Position numbers and translations under genes: made by a program. Below, piece after piece: positions 12,223 through 22,112 of a DNA stretch of 64,000 nt (the stretch's first letter is position 1; every line of letters starts with the position of its first letter). This DNA comes from Balamuthia mandrillaris (lineage: Eukaryota): positions 310,001 to 374,000 of the forward strand of contig JAVKOQ020000015.1 in NCBI GenBank assembly GCA_031835245.2, written 5' to 3'. Below the pieces are notes generated by a model that was not told the DNA's origin, did not search any database, and saw only the letters and a list, made by a program, of their open reading frames with translations.

Positions 12223-13253
12223 ATGGCAAGGGCAGGTGTTAGATTAGCGCTATTGCTCATTGCTGTCGTAAGCTCTTATTGTTTGCTGGTGTCAGCGGAG
12301 GAGTGGCATCGCCATACCAACCGTAAAGCATTCGTGTTTTCTCTTTTGAAACTCTATTAATATTCTTCTCACCGGCCTAACCTCCTCTTTTTCCATTCGA
12401 AACCTCGCAGCTGCGAGTGGGCGGTGGCACGAAAAATCGACTCACCTGCTGGAACACGCAGAGGACGAACCGACGGACGTTCAATTGAGCACCAAAGAGA
12501 AGGTTGCGCAGATCAAGGCGGAAATCAAGAACCTCAGCCAAGTGCTGCACGAGCAACAGGGGCAGCTGTGGGAGATTCAGGCCCAGCAGGATGCCATCAA
12601 GGCCCAAAGCTTCTTCTGGTTCAACGACCCGGAGCTTCGCCACCAGGTGGACCTCTTGCAGCTGCAGGTGAACGACCAGCTGAGGCTCGTGGAGAACACG
12701 TTCGATGACATTGCCGTTCATTGGCGACAACTGAAACCTCTCTACGGCGTGTTTTCAAAGGTTCGTTCATGCCCCTTTTTTCCCCTTCTTCCCTGTCTTT
12801 CTTCTGACTTGCTCTTGGTCCTCCAACATTCAGATGTTCCTCTTTGAGTTCATCCACTTCATGCTGGACCCCTTCTTCCTCATCTTCAACTTCATCTTCT
12901 CCACCTTTGGGCTGGGCTTCATCCTGACCTTCATCCTCTGGGGTCCCATCGCCATCACCCTCTTCTACCTGCTCTTCCAATTCGGGGTGCAGGTGCTGCC
13001 CTACGTCCTCTTTGTGGGGCTGCAGGTCTACTGGGCCTTCAACCTGCCCTTTCTGCTGCTGCAGTACGGCCCCTCCTGGACCCAGTTCTTGGCGGTCTAC
13101 GTGCCCTTCCTGGCCGTGGTCTATCTGGTGAGCTGGGGAGGGGGCATCAGGCAGCTGGCCAGGTTGGTGCGTGCGGTGCTGGGCAGGGGGCGCTCCGCAA
13201 GGGGCGTCGTGGTCCCTCCGCCTGCTTCCACTCGTCCCATCAAACAAGACTAA
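12223..13253 (+). CDS. Hypothetical membrane protein (signal peptide, coiled coil, 3-4 TM helices)
   Basis: Signal 'MARAGVRLALLLIAVVSSYCLLVSA', Gln/Glu-rich coiled-coil exon 12485-12760, hydrophobic last exon 12834-13253 with strong GC3 bias. Confidence 0.7.
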
Positions 13254-13257
13254 AGGA

Positions 13258-13292
<35 letters not shown>

Positions 13293-13301
13293 GAGAGAGC
13301 A

Positions 13302-13333
<32 letters not shown>

Positions 13334-13395
13334 TGAAAGTGATAATGTAAATATCCTATTCACAAAAATAAGTTAGGGAAAAGACAGCCGAGTAA

Positions 13396-13833
13396 TTAGA
13401 ATTGTTGTTGGTGAAGCAAAGAGGAGGAGGAAGGAGAAAGGCTCTCTTCGGGGAGAGTCAAGTTTTGGCGAGTGAGGAATCGGCTGAACATGGCGAAGGA
13501 GGTAATGGGTTGGTACTGGGGTGCCTCATGACCAGCTCCCTTGATCGTGGCGAAGGTGTACTTATCAAAGACCTCGACGTATCCTGCGGTGGCTCCGTTC
13601 ACGAACCACGGTTGCCACGCGCTGACCGGCCGTACTTTGTTTGCAATCTCGCCCAGGCAGGCCTGCGTGGTGGCGAAGGGAACAGTGGCAATGTCAATGT
13701 CGCCGGCAAATACCAGGACGGAGACGTTGGGAGCTTCGTTGAACAATCGGAGGTAGATGTCGTTCATGTTTGCTCCAGATGGCTCGTAGTTAATGGCATC
13801 AGTGCACTGCAGTATGTCATCACGTTTGTTAGA

Positions 13834-13870
<37 letters not shown>

Positions 13871-15242
13871 AGAGCGAGAAGAGAGAGAGAAGAGAGAGGG
13901 AGAGAGAGAGAGAGAGAAAAAGAGCAGACAAAAAAAGAAAGCGAACCTCAGTCCATTTGGTGGGCTTGGCATGGATGGCCTTTTGAACATCAACTCGATT
14001 AAGATAAGCAGCAACTCGCTCTCCGATGGGCATACAATTGGTGGGAATAGTGGCAGCAAAGTCGAGGGTGCCATTGCCAGTGCAAAAGTCCTGGTAGAGG
14101 TCATCGGGGTCGAGGCTAGGTTGGTTCTTGCTCTTTTTGGCAGCCCTTTGAAGGAGGTAGTTGTGTCGGAACAAGGGCATGGCCTTTGCCTTGTGGTTCA
14201 AGCCCAAGCCCTTGAGCTCTTGGTCAAACACGCCGATCTGGGTGATGGTCTGGTTGTAAATATAGGAGCAAGCAGCGCTGGAGCTATCCTTGTTGCAGCC
14301 CTGGCGAGTCCAGTTGGCAAAGTTGGTGTAGGAGACAAGACCATGCCAATAGAAGAGGTTGAGCTGCACGTCTGGAGACCACTCTGCCTCGCAGTTGAAG
14401 ACAGGATTGCCCACCATCAAACCTCGAAGTTGGTGGCGGATGAAAGACTTGGGATGGTCCAGAATCTTGGCGGTGGTGGTTGGAATGTAGACTCCCTGAA
14501 CAATTGTTCGGAAGAGTAAGCAAGTTTCGTAAACCAAAAGAAGAACCTAGAAGAGAAGGTAGTTACGCCATAGGACTCGCCAGCAAGCCAAGTGTCTCGT
14601 CCGATGAAGCTAGGGTTTAGCATGAGGAATTCCTCCATGAAGGTAAAACTGTCTTCCGCAGCTTTGTCGTCGTTTGTGTTGTAGTCGGGAGCAAAGTCAG
14701 AGTAGCTAAAGCCGACCTGGATGGGATGGTCACCATCAAAGAAAAATACATGTTTGGTAAGCGCAAGTGGAGTGAGGAAAGAACGGCCAAAGAAAAGACG
14801 TACTCCCGCTGGTTGCTCGAAGTAAACTACGTTAGCGATCTTGGTCCAGCTAATGGGTGCATACTGAAGGGTTCCATCAGCGGCCGGAGTGAAAGGGCCG
14901 TGCTCACTGAGTAGACCACCAAGACTGGAACAGCCAGGTCCTCCATTGAACCAAAACACTGAAATTCAAGAATAAAAAGGGTCAATCCAGGTTGAAAGTA
15001 ACAGTGAGAGTGAGCGAAACGGTACCAAGAGGGTCAGTCGAAGGGTTGCCTTGACTCTCCACAAACCAGTAGAACAGCCGCCTGTTCCGTACTACGTCCA
15101 CGGTGACGTAGCCCGAGTACATCTTCAAAGCAGGGCCGGAGTAACCGGGCAATTGGGTCACCGGGTACTGTTGAGCACTCGCCAGCAGGGCGGCCAGCGC
15201 CAGCAGCAACGCCCCCAAACAAAAACTCGGTAGCAGCTTCAT
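13396..15242 (-). CDS. Secreted serine carboxypeptidase, peptidase family S10, multi-exon
   Basis: Signal peptide, 'YSGYVTV', 'LFYWFVES', '[11 protein letters not shown]', nucleophile 'GESYG', 'FAGDID', '[10 protein letters not shown]'. Confidence 0.95.
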
Positions 15243-15619
15243 CTTTCTTATGTGTGTGTGTGTGTGTGTGTCTCGTGTGTGAGGCAAACCCCAAAAAAAA
15301 AAAAAGTGTAGCAAGCGAGTAGCAGTGGGCAGGCAGGGGTCTTCGAAAGAAGAGAGAGGATAAGAGTGACAAGCACCAAACCCAAAAAGCTTTCGTTTTA
15401 TACCCAACAAAACCGCCACCACAAAAAAACAGTAATCTGTGGAAAATGGAACAGGCTTTTCTTGCCCGTCCCCCTTTGACCTGCGAGAGAGAGCAGCGGA
15501 AACCTCCAACCAACCTTCCGACCTCCTTGCCCACACAGCACGATGCTCTTTGGGGGTGGAGTACCCCCTCCTCTGATTTTTCATTGGTGGAACATTGATA
15601 CGTATATTCGCTTCACGGA

Positions 15620-16924
15620 ATGGAAAACGCGCCAAGGGAAGCCACGAAGAACACCAAACGTTGCGCAATGGGGACAGGAACAAGCCAACACCAAGTCGAT
15701 GAGGCTGCCGGACCCACGCAACCGCTCCTTGGGCTGACCTACAAGGGTTCATTTATAGGGCGGTACGGCAACGAGCTTCCTCCTGCGGTGCTCTTGGCGG
15801 GCCAACCGGCCTTGGAGCCGGCCTTGGCGGAGGCCTTGCTTGCCTCCTTGGGGTTAGACCTCAACGAGGCCGTGCTGGTGAAGAAGAGCGACCTGGAAAA
15901 CTTCTCGGTGACGCTGGAGAATCCCGTTCATGCTGGAGAGGTCTACAAGCCCTTCTTCTTCGACCGACAAGACGAGTACGGCAAGGGTCATGCCTACTGG
16001 GAAAGTCTCGTTCATACGGCTGACTACGAACCGCTACTCAAGCAACCAGCAACAGACGCACAAGAAGGCGACGAAGAGAAAGTGAAGGACAATGAGAAAG
16101 CGGAGGAGGCAGTTGTGGGCTCACCGCTTTTTATCAAAACGGCGTCTGCGAGGTTTACCAACAGAACGGCAGAGGCATCCATAGAGACGTTGCTGCCTCC
16201 AGCCTCATTAGCCATCTGCGCCTTTGTGGATGCGCTGCGGGAGGTCAACCACGAGTTCCTGGAGGAACTGCAAAAATGCCTTTTGGAGGATGGAGAGGGA
16301 CTGCTGCCAGAGGCATTGGTGAAGCGGTTCGTGGATGGAGTGTGGCGCAACATTGCTGTACAGTACCACTTTAGCGGTGCCTCTCGCTCCACCGAACAAA
16401 CCTTGCACCTCGATCACGTCAACTCTGCGTTGCATATGGCGGTCACTCTGCATGGCCAGCGTGCCGTTGCTTTCGCCCGACCCTCTGCCTCTGAGGCAGA
16501 GACTTCACTTGGTTTCTCCCTGTTGGAACTAGCCATGAATAAAGGAGACGTTTACCTGACCTCTCCGACTGCCATCCTTCACGGCATCTCTGTGGGACAG
16601 CGCTCCAAGGAGGACCGCTCCGTGGCTCTCCAGCTGCGGACTTTGCTTTCGGTGGAGGATGCCAACCAGCTAGCCTATGGCAAACAGGGCCAGCTGAGGT
16701 GCTTGTTGGGGTCAGTCCTGAAGACGCTGGATCGGTGCCAAACCCTCGTTCGCGTGCCTACCTTACAGGAATGGGATGACTGTCGGCAGAAACGTTTGGA
16801 GGTGTTGCGGCGACACTCAGAGGAAGAAGGAGCATCTAGCAGCAGCAACGGGCATACAGTTGTTTTTCGCAACTATTTTCGCACTCCTACCTCTTCCTCC
16901 GCTTCCTCCTCCTCTTATGAGTGA
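15620..16924 (+). CDS. Putative 2OG-Fe(II) dioxygenase-like (double-stranded beta-helix) protein, intronless
   Basis: 'IAVQYH...LHLDHVNSALHMAVTLHGQRAVAF...MNKGDVYL...LHGISV...SVALQLRT' gives an HxD...H triad, the AlkB-like 'TLxGxR' and 'GDVY' strands, and a distal Arg. Confidence 0.65.
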   Translation: MENAPREATKNTKRCAMGTGTSQHQVDEAAGPTQPLLGLTYKGSFIGRYGNELPPAVLLAGQPALEPALAEALLASLGLDLNEAVLVKKSDLENFSVTLENPVHAGEVYKPFFFDRQDEYGKGHAYWESLVHTADYEPLLKQPATDAQEGDEEKVKDNEKAEEAVVGSPLFIKTASARFTNRTAEASIETLLPPASLAICAFVDALREVNHEFLEELQKCLLEDGEGLLPEALVKRFVDGVWRNIAVQYHFSGASRSTEQTLHLDHVNSALHMAVTLHGQRAVAFARPSASEAETSLGFSLLELAMNKGDVYLTSPTAILHGISVGQRSKEDRSVALQLRTLLSVEDANQLAYGKQGQLRCLLGSVLKTLDRCQTLVRVPTLQEWDDCRQKRLEVLRRHSEEEGASSSSNGHTVVFRNYFRTPTSSSASSSSYE

Positions 16925-17161
16925 AGAACAGTTCTGTATGTAAGTATGCAAAGCAATAATCTCCCTTCTCTTCTTCTTTTCGTAATCTCTACTCAGGAAG
17001 CCGTTATACATAACCTAGTTCTACAAGAACACACAGGCACAACAAAACAAAGAACAAAAAAAAAAAAACAATTCAAGAATCATATAACGTTTTTTGACCA
17101 GCTAAATAAAACACAAAAAAAGGTCATATTCTCAAGCAAGATCGTTCGGAGCTAAAGCCTT

Positions 17162-18226
17162 TCAGAACCAGAAAGCGGCCAGAGAAGCACCAGAAGAAGC
17201 CTCCTTATCGCTGTTGGAATTGTAGGCCACCACATTGCCATCGTAGGCATTGCCATCATAACCAACATTGCCTCCATCATAGACCACATTGCCTCCATCG
17301 TAACCATCGTAGCCTACATCTCCTCCGTCGTAGACCACGTTGCCGCCATCATAGCTGATGTCACCGCCATCATAGTTCACCACGTTGCCTCCGTCATAGC
17401 GAACGTCACCGCCATCGTACACCACGTTGCCTCCATCGTAACGGACGTCACCACCGTCATAACGGATATCACCGCCATCATAGCGGATGTCGCCTCCATC
17501 ATAGCGAATGTCGCCACCGTCATAGCGGATATCGCCTCCATCGTACATTACGTCGCCTCCGTCGTAGCCATCGTAACGGATGTCACCTCCATCGTAGGTC
17601 ACCACGTTGCCGTCATAGCGGACATCGCCGCCATCGTAGGTCACAACGTTACCACCATCGTAACGGACATCGCCGCCATCGTAACGGATGTCGCCACCAT
17701 CATAGCGGATGTCACCTCCATCGTACATCACATTGCCTCCATCATAACCATCGTAACGGATGTCGCCTCCGTCGTACGTTACTACATTACCATCGTAGCG
17801 GATGTCACCGCCATCGTAGCGGATGTCACCTCCATCGTAGCGGATGTCACCTCCATCGTAGCGGACATCACCACCATCGTAGGTCACCACGTTGCCACCG
17901 TCATAGCGGATATCGCCGCCATCATAACGAATATCTCCTCCGTCGTAACGAATGTCACCACCATCGTAACGGATGTCGCCACCATCATAGCGGATATCAC
18001 CTCCGTCGTACATCACGTTACCGCCATCATAATCGTCATAGCGGATGTCACCGCCATCGTAAGTCACCACGTTGCCACCGTCGTAACGGACGTCACCGCC
18101 ATCATAGGTTACCACATCACCATCGTAGCGCACATCGCCTCCACCATAGTTCACGTCTGCTCTCCCAGCCAACGTGGTCGCAGCGAAGAAGGCCAACACC
18201 AAGGAAAGTACCAGAACAGCCTTCAT
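17162..18226 (-). CDS. Secreted Tyr/Asp/Gly repeat protein (about 45 YDGG-type repeats, consensus YDGGD[IV]R)
   Basis: Intronless 354-aa ORF with signal peptide MKAVLVLSLVLAFFAATTLAG, tandem mostly 7-aa repeats with synonymous variation between copies, and a short tail ending SSGASLAAFWF. Confidence 0.9.
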   Translation of the reverse strand: MKAVLVLSLVLAFFAATTLAGRADVNYGGGDVRYDGDVVTYDGGDVRYDGGNVVTYDGGDIRYDDYDGGNVMYDGGDIRYDGGDIRYDGGDIRYDGGDIRYDGGDIRYDGGNVVTYDGGDVRYDGGDIRYDGGDIRYDGGDIRYDGNVVTYDGGDIRYDGYDGGNVMYDGGDIRYDGGDIRYDGGDVRYDGGNVVTYDGGDVRYDGNVVTYDGGDIRYDGYDGGDVMYDGGDIRYDGGDIRYDGGDIRYDGGDIRYDGGDVRYDGGNVVYDGGDVRYDGGNVVNYDGGDISYDGGNVVYDGGDVGYDGYDGGNVVYDGGNVGYDGNAYDGNVVAYNSNSDKEASSGASLAAFWF

Positions 18227-18283
18227 TCTTGTTTGTTAACAGGTTTGTTGTTGTTGTTTTGATTGTTTTGTTTGTTGTTTGTT

Positions 18284-18322
18284 GAATGATGCAATTTGTT
18301 AAATGGCCTTGTTGGTTTTATA
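18284..18322 (-). promoter_or_regulatory. TATA box plus initiator of the YDGG-repeat gene
   Basis: Minus strand TATAAAA (18322-18316) about 30 nt upstream of TCATTC (18289-18284), followed by an A/C-rich leader and ATG at 18226. Confidence 0.55.
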
Positions 18323-18748
18323 GTTGGATGAGTGCTGCTTTATTTGGATGGGGTGGTGTTAAAATTTTGAATCCTCTCCTTGAATTCTTCTCTACATCCC
18401 ATCAAGAGGCTGCATGGAGGAAATAATATTGTTATTGGCCCCACCATACGGGCAGTAACCTCCCTTTCTATTCTATGCTTTTTTTGCATTTCTCCACGAA
18501 ATACACGAACAGGTAGGTAGTCTCCTTGCTTCCCATTTTTATCCTTGCCATGCTTCTGTGTTGTTGGGGCGCAATGTCCCATCGAATGCCTGCTAAAACT
18601 GAGCTGAATTGCCGCACTATCCTCATCACGACGCTTCGCTCTCCTCTCTCCTCTCCTCTCTCCTCTCTTTGCCCGGTAGCTGCTGACATCAGCGTTGTCG
18701 ACAAATGTATTGACGGATCCATGTCGTCGTGGTTGATGGAAAAAAAAA

Positions 18749-21547
18749 ATGGAGCAACAGGCAAGCCTGCAGAAGGAACCTCCACTCAAACGAGCCAAAC
18801 TTGAACCCAAGGCTGAATGGAAGGAACGTGAAGAAGAACAAGAAGAAGAAGAAGAAGAAGAAGAAGAACAAGAAGAAGAAGAACAAGAAGAAGAAGAAGA
18901 AGAAAACAAAGAAGAATCGTCATTCCCGTCGTCGTCAACATTACAGGATTACAGCACGCTCTACTGGACCACCCAACTGGTAGAGAGGCTTCCCGAAAGC
19001 ACTGAGGTGTGCGTGGGTGGGTCTGCGGAGAAGTACCTTCCCTCTCTGCCAGGCCTGGCGGTCAAAAGGCGAGAGATCTCCCTCCCTCTCAACGACGCCG
19101 AGGTATCCTTTCTCCAAGCAGAGGGCACCCTCTCCCCACATGGGCGTGGCTGCCAGACGAGCGTCCGCTCCTCCAAAGAGTTTGACCCCAGCGACTTCAC
19201 CTTCGCCAACGCAGCGTGGAAGCAAGGGCTGGACTCTCTCACGCGGGAGGTGGCCTCTCAACTCGGCGTCAATGCCACGGGCTGTCGCGTGGAGGCTCGT
19301 CCCTACAAGCTCCTCCTCTACAGCGAGGGGGACCACTTCCTGCCCCACCGCGACACTGAGAAGGAGGTCGGCATGTTCGCCACGCTCGTCATCCAGCTGC
19401 CCTCCCGCTGCACTGGCGGGGCTCTCATCGTCAGGCGTGGTGGTCGCACTTACTCCCATGACTTTGGGGCCAGCAACAACAGCAGCAACAACGACTGTGG
19501 CAGCACGGCACGCCAGGCCCCTCAGTACTGCTGCTACTATGCGGCGCATTATGCTGATGTGGAGCACGAGGTAGAGCCTATCACCTCCGGCCATCGCCTG
19601 GCGGTGGTCTACAACTTTATTTGGACTGATCCTCAGTTGCCCGCCCCCAGCGGGAAAGACTTTGTGGATAGCGTGATTCACTGGGCGATGGTGTTGAGAG
19701 CGTGGGGCAAGAAGAGGGACGTGCCGAACGGGCGGATGGTCTTCCTGTTAGAGCACCTGTACACGGAGGAGGGGCTGCTTGGAAAGGGCGTTCTGGCACT
19801 GAAGGGAAAGGATCGTGCCCTCGTGAGTGCCATTTGCTCGGCCAACCGGCTTCTCTTAGAGGAAGGCTTTTGTCAAGAGGAAGTCAGCATTTATGTCATT
19901 TCCGTGGACTACACTCGACGCTTTGAGGGCAGCGGATATAGCAATCGCTACTATGACAGCAGCGACGAGGACTCTGACGACTATAGCCCCAGCTACTGGG
20001 AGGAATGCGACCGAGAAGAAATCATTCACTGGTACTCTATTCTCGGAGTACCTGTCCAGTTTCCGGGGCTGACCATCGACTGGAAGAATGATGTGGCTGC
20101 TCCAAAGTACAAGATAGAAGACGAGGAAGCCATCTTCTGTTTCAAAGGCGAGACCCTCAAAGAAGGCTACACCGGCAATGCGGGACATACTAAGAAAATC
20201 ACCTACCATCGCACTGCTCTCGTCATTTGGCCACAAGCCTTGGAGTATAAGATAAGGATGGCCCACGGAGGTGTCTACAATGCTGCAAGCTTTGTGTGCA
20301 ATAACGATGATGGCCGTGAGGAACAGTTGCGTGAGGTTGACCAAGTGTTGGAGCTGTGGGCCAATTCGCCCAAAGAGAGCATTCCCAGGGCGAACAGATT
20401 CACCAATGACGACGAGGCCACTGCTGAGGGCGCCGCCCAATTGTTGAAGTGCATATCCAGCGACGACACTGCACGCATGCAGCGTATCTTAGAATTGACC
20501 AAGGAGGCGGTACTGCCCAGCATCAAGAGCAAAGACGCTAACCTGAAAGCAGCCGCAACGATTCTTAAGGCCGTTGTAACAACAACATCCACGCCAGCGC
20601 TAGCCCTACAACTCTTGGATGCGTTCACACAAACCCTCAGGGAACGAGAGGCTGAGAAGTCATGTGCTTCTTTGCGTTACTCCCACTTCCTCTCGGGGCG
20701 GGAGTGGAACCTGCAACAGCCGTTACAGCAACTCATCGAGAAATGGGCATGGACTGACGTCGGCCAGCACGTCATGGACTTTTTGCATGCTTCCAGCTCC
20801 ATAGCACTCCTTCACCGCCTCTCCCTCGCCAAATCCCTTTTATCCACTGCGCCACTTGCTGCCCAAGCTATCGCACACGACACCATCGACGAGATGCTAC
20901 GGACAAAAGACTTGTCTCCCTACATGGTATACCCATATCGCCACTGTGATAATCTCAAAACGATCCATGTTCCGGCCCTCGCCCTGTGTGCTGCCTTGGA
21001 TGACTTTGAACGTGGACAACAAGTGTGCGACAGGATGGTGAGAGATGTCAGTCGAAAGGATACCATCTACTTTCTTGAGGACGAGTCTTTGTTCGGCGAC
21101 TATCACGCCTTTCGCGAACGGCTGTTCGCAGAGTACTTGATAGGTCCTCGTATTCGCGAACTGCAACGCGTCGTTCTCGCCGGTAAAAAGTTCAGTTGGG
21201 TGCAACGTCCCGATCCAACCATCGTGACTCATGCAGAGCTGCTCAACTTTCTTCAGAGCCCAGAGGAGGCCATCGTTCTCTCGGGCTTCCACAGCAGCGA
21301 GGAGGCCCGCCGCTTTGCAGACAAGTACTCCAAAGAGGATTTGCCTCCGAGTAAAAAGGGCTTCTCTGCCGTCTTCACCGCTGACGGCCAAGGAGCAGAA
21401 GCCAAGGTGAGGGTGACCAAGACAAAGGACTTTTACGCCCTTGAAGTGGGCGAGTTCCAGCAGGCTTGTGCAAAGCTGCGGTACCTGCGTGACCGCTGGG
21501 ATCCCTCCAAAGCGAAAGAGCAAGCACAAGCCAAACCTGAGAAATGA
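18749..21547 (+). CDS. Large 2OG-Fe(II) oxygenase-domain protein (prolyl-hydroxylase-like subfamily), intronless
   Basis: 'YKLLLYSEGDHFLPHRDTEKEVGMFATLVIQLPS..TGGALIV' and 'AAHYADVEHEVEPITSGHRLAVVYNF' give HxD...H...R. Also 'EGYTGNAG' and a long helical C-terminus; 932 aa. Confidence 0.88.
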   Translation: MEQQASLQKEPPLKRAKLEPKAEWKEREEEQEEEEEEEEEQEEEEQEEEEEENKEESSFPSSSTLQDYSTLYWTTQLVERLPESTEVCVGGSAEKYLPSLPGLAVKRREISLPLNDAEVSFLQAEGTLSPHGRGCQTSVRSSKEFDPSDFTFANAAWKQGLDSLTREVASQLGVNATGCRVEARPYKLLLYSEGDHFLPHRDTEKEVGMFATLVIQLPSRCTGGALIVRRGGRTYSHDFGASNNSSNNDCGSTARQAPQYCCYYAAHYADVEHEVEPITSGHRLAVVYNFIWTDPQLPAPSGKDFVDSVIHWAMVLRAWGKKRDVPNGRMVFLLEHLYTEEGLLGKGVLALKGKDRALVSAICSANRLLLEEGFCQEEVSIYVISVDYTRRFEGSGYSNRYYDSSDEDSDDYSPSYWEECDREEIIHWYSILGVPVQFPGLTIDWKNDVAAPKYKIEDEEAIFCFKGETLKEGYTGNAGHTKKITYHRTALVIWPQALEYKIRMAHGGVYNAASFVCNNDDGREEQLREVDQVLELWANSPKESIPRANRFTNDDEATAEGAAQLLKCISSDDTARMQRILELTKEAVLPSIKSKDANLKAAATILKAVVTTTSTPALALQLLDAFTQTLREREAEKSCASLRYSHFLSGREWNLQQPLQQLIEKWAWTDVGQHVMDFLHASSSIALLHRLSLAKSLLSTAPLAAQAIAHDTIDEMLRTKDLSPYMVYPYRHCDNLKTIHVPALALCAALDDFERGQQVCDRMVRDVSRKDTIYFLEDESLFGDYHAFRERLFAEYLIGPRIRELQRVVLAGKKFSWVQRPDPTIVTHAELLNFLQSPEEAIVLSGFHSSEEARRFADKYSKEDLPPSKKGFSAVFTADGQGAEAKVRVTKTKDFYALEVGEFQQACAKLRYLRDRWDPSKAKEQAQAKPEK

Positions 21548-21851
21548 GGAGAGAAGGGAAGCCACATGGCAAAGAATTGTACAAAAAACTGAAACGCAGA
21601 ACAAAACAAACAGTTTAAAAGAAAACAAGACATATAAAAGTAAATAAATAAAAAAAACAAAAAAAAAATGAAGTATAGGACAAGAGGCTATTCATTGGCT
21701 GGCCGGCCGTTCATGTTATAATTCCTTCCGTTGTTGTTGTTGTTGTTGTTAACGGAAAAGCGGCTGCATAACCCAAGGGGGGGACAGAAAGAAGCAAACA
21801 CTTAGAGAGAACGCACGTAGCGCCCGAGACTAGACACCCCCGCACCCACGA

Positions 21852-22072
21852 ATGAGTTTGTTGAGCGTGACCGTGCCGGAGGAGCTGCACGATGCCTACA
21901 ACAACATGAAAAAAGGGCACCATCGCTTCGTGCTGTACAGGCTGGAGGACAGCGGACAATTGGTGGTGGAGCAGCCCCCGCCGCCGCCTCCCTCCCTCCG
22001 CCTGGCCACCACCGCGTTGCGCCAACTCGAGCAAAGACATGCACGAGGTGAGCTCGGCTTCTCCTCCCTTCG

Positions 22073-22112
<40 letters not shown>

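Noticed and set aside
17230..18150. 21-bp periodic array read as a CRISPR array or non-coding minisatellite
   Set aside because: No unique spacers and no cas genes. Variation is synonymous within an intact signal-peptide ORF.
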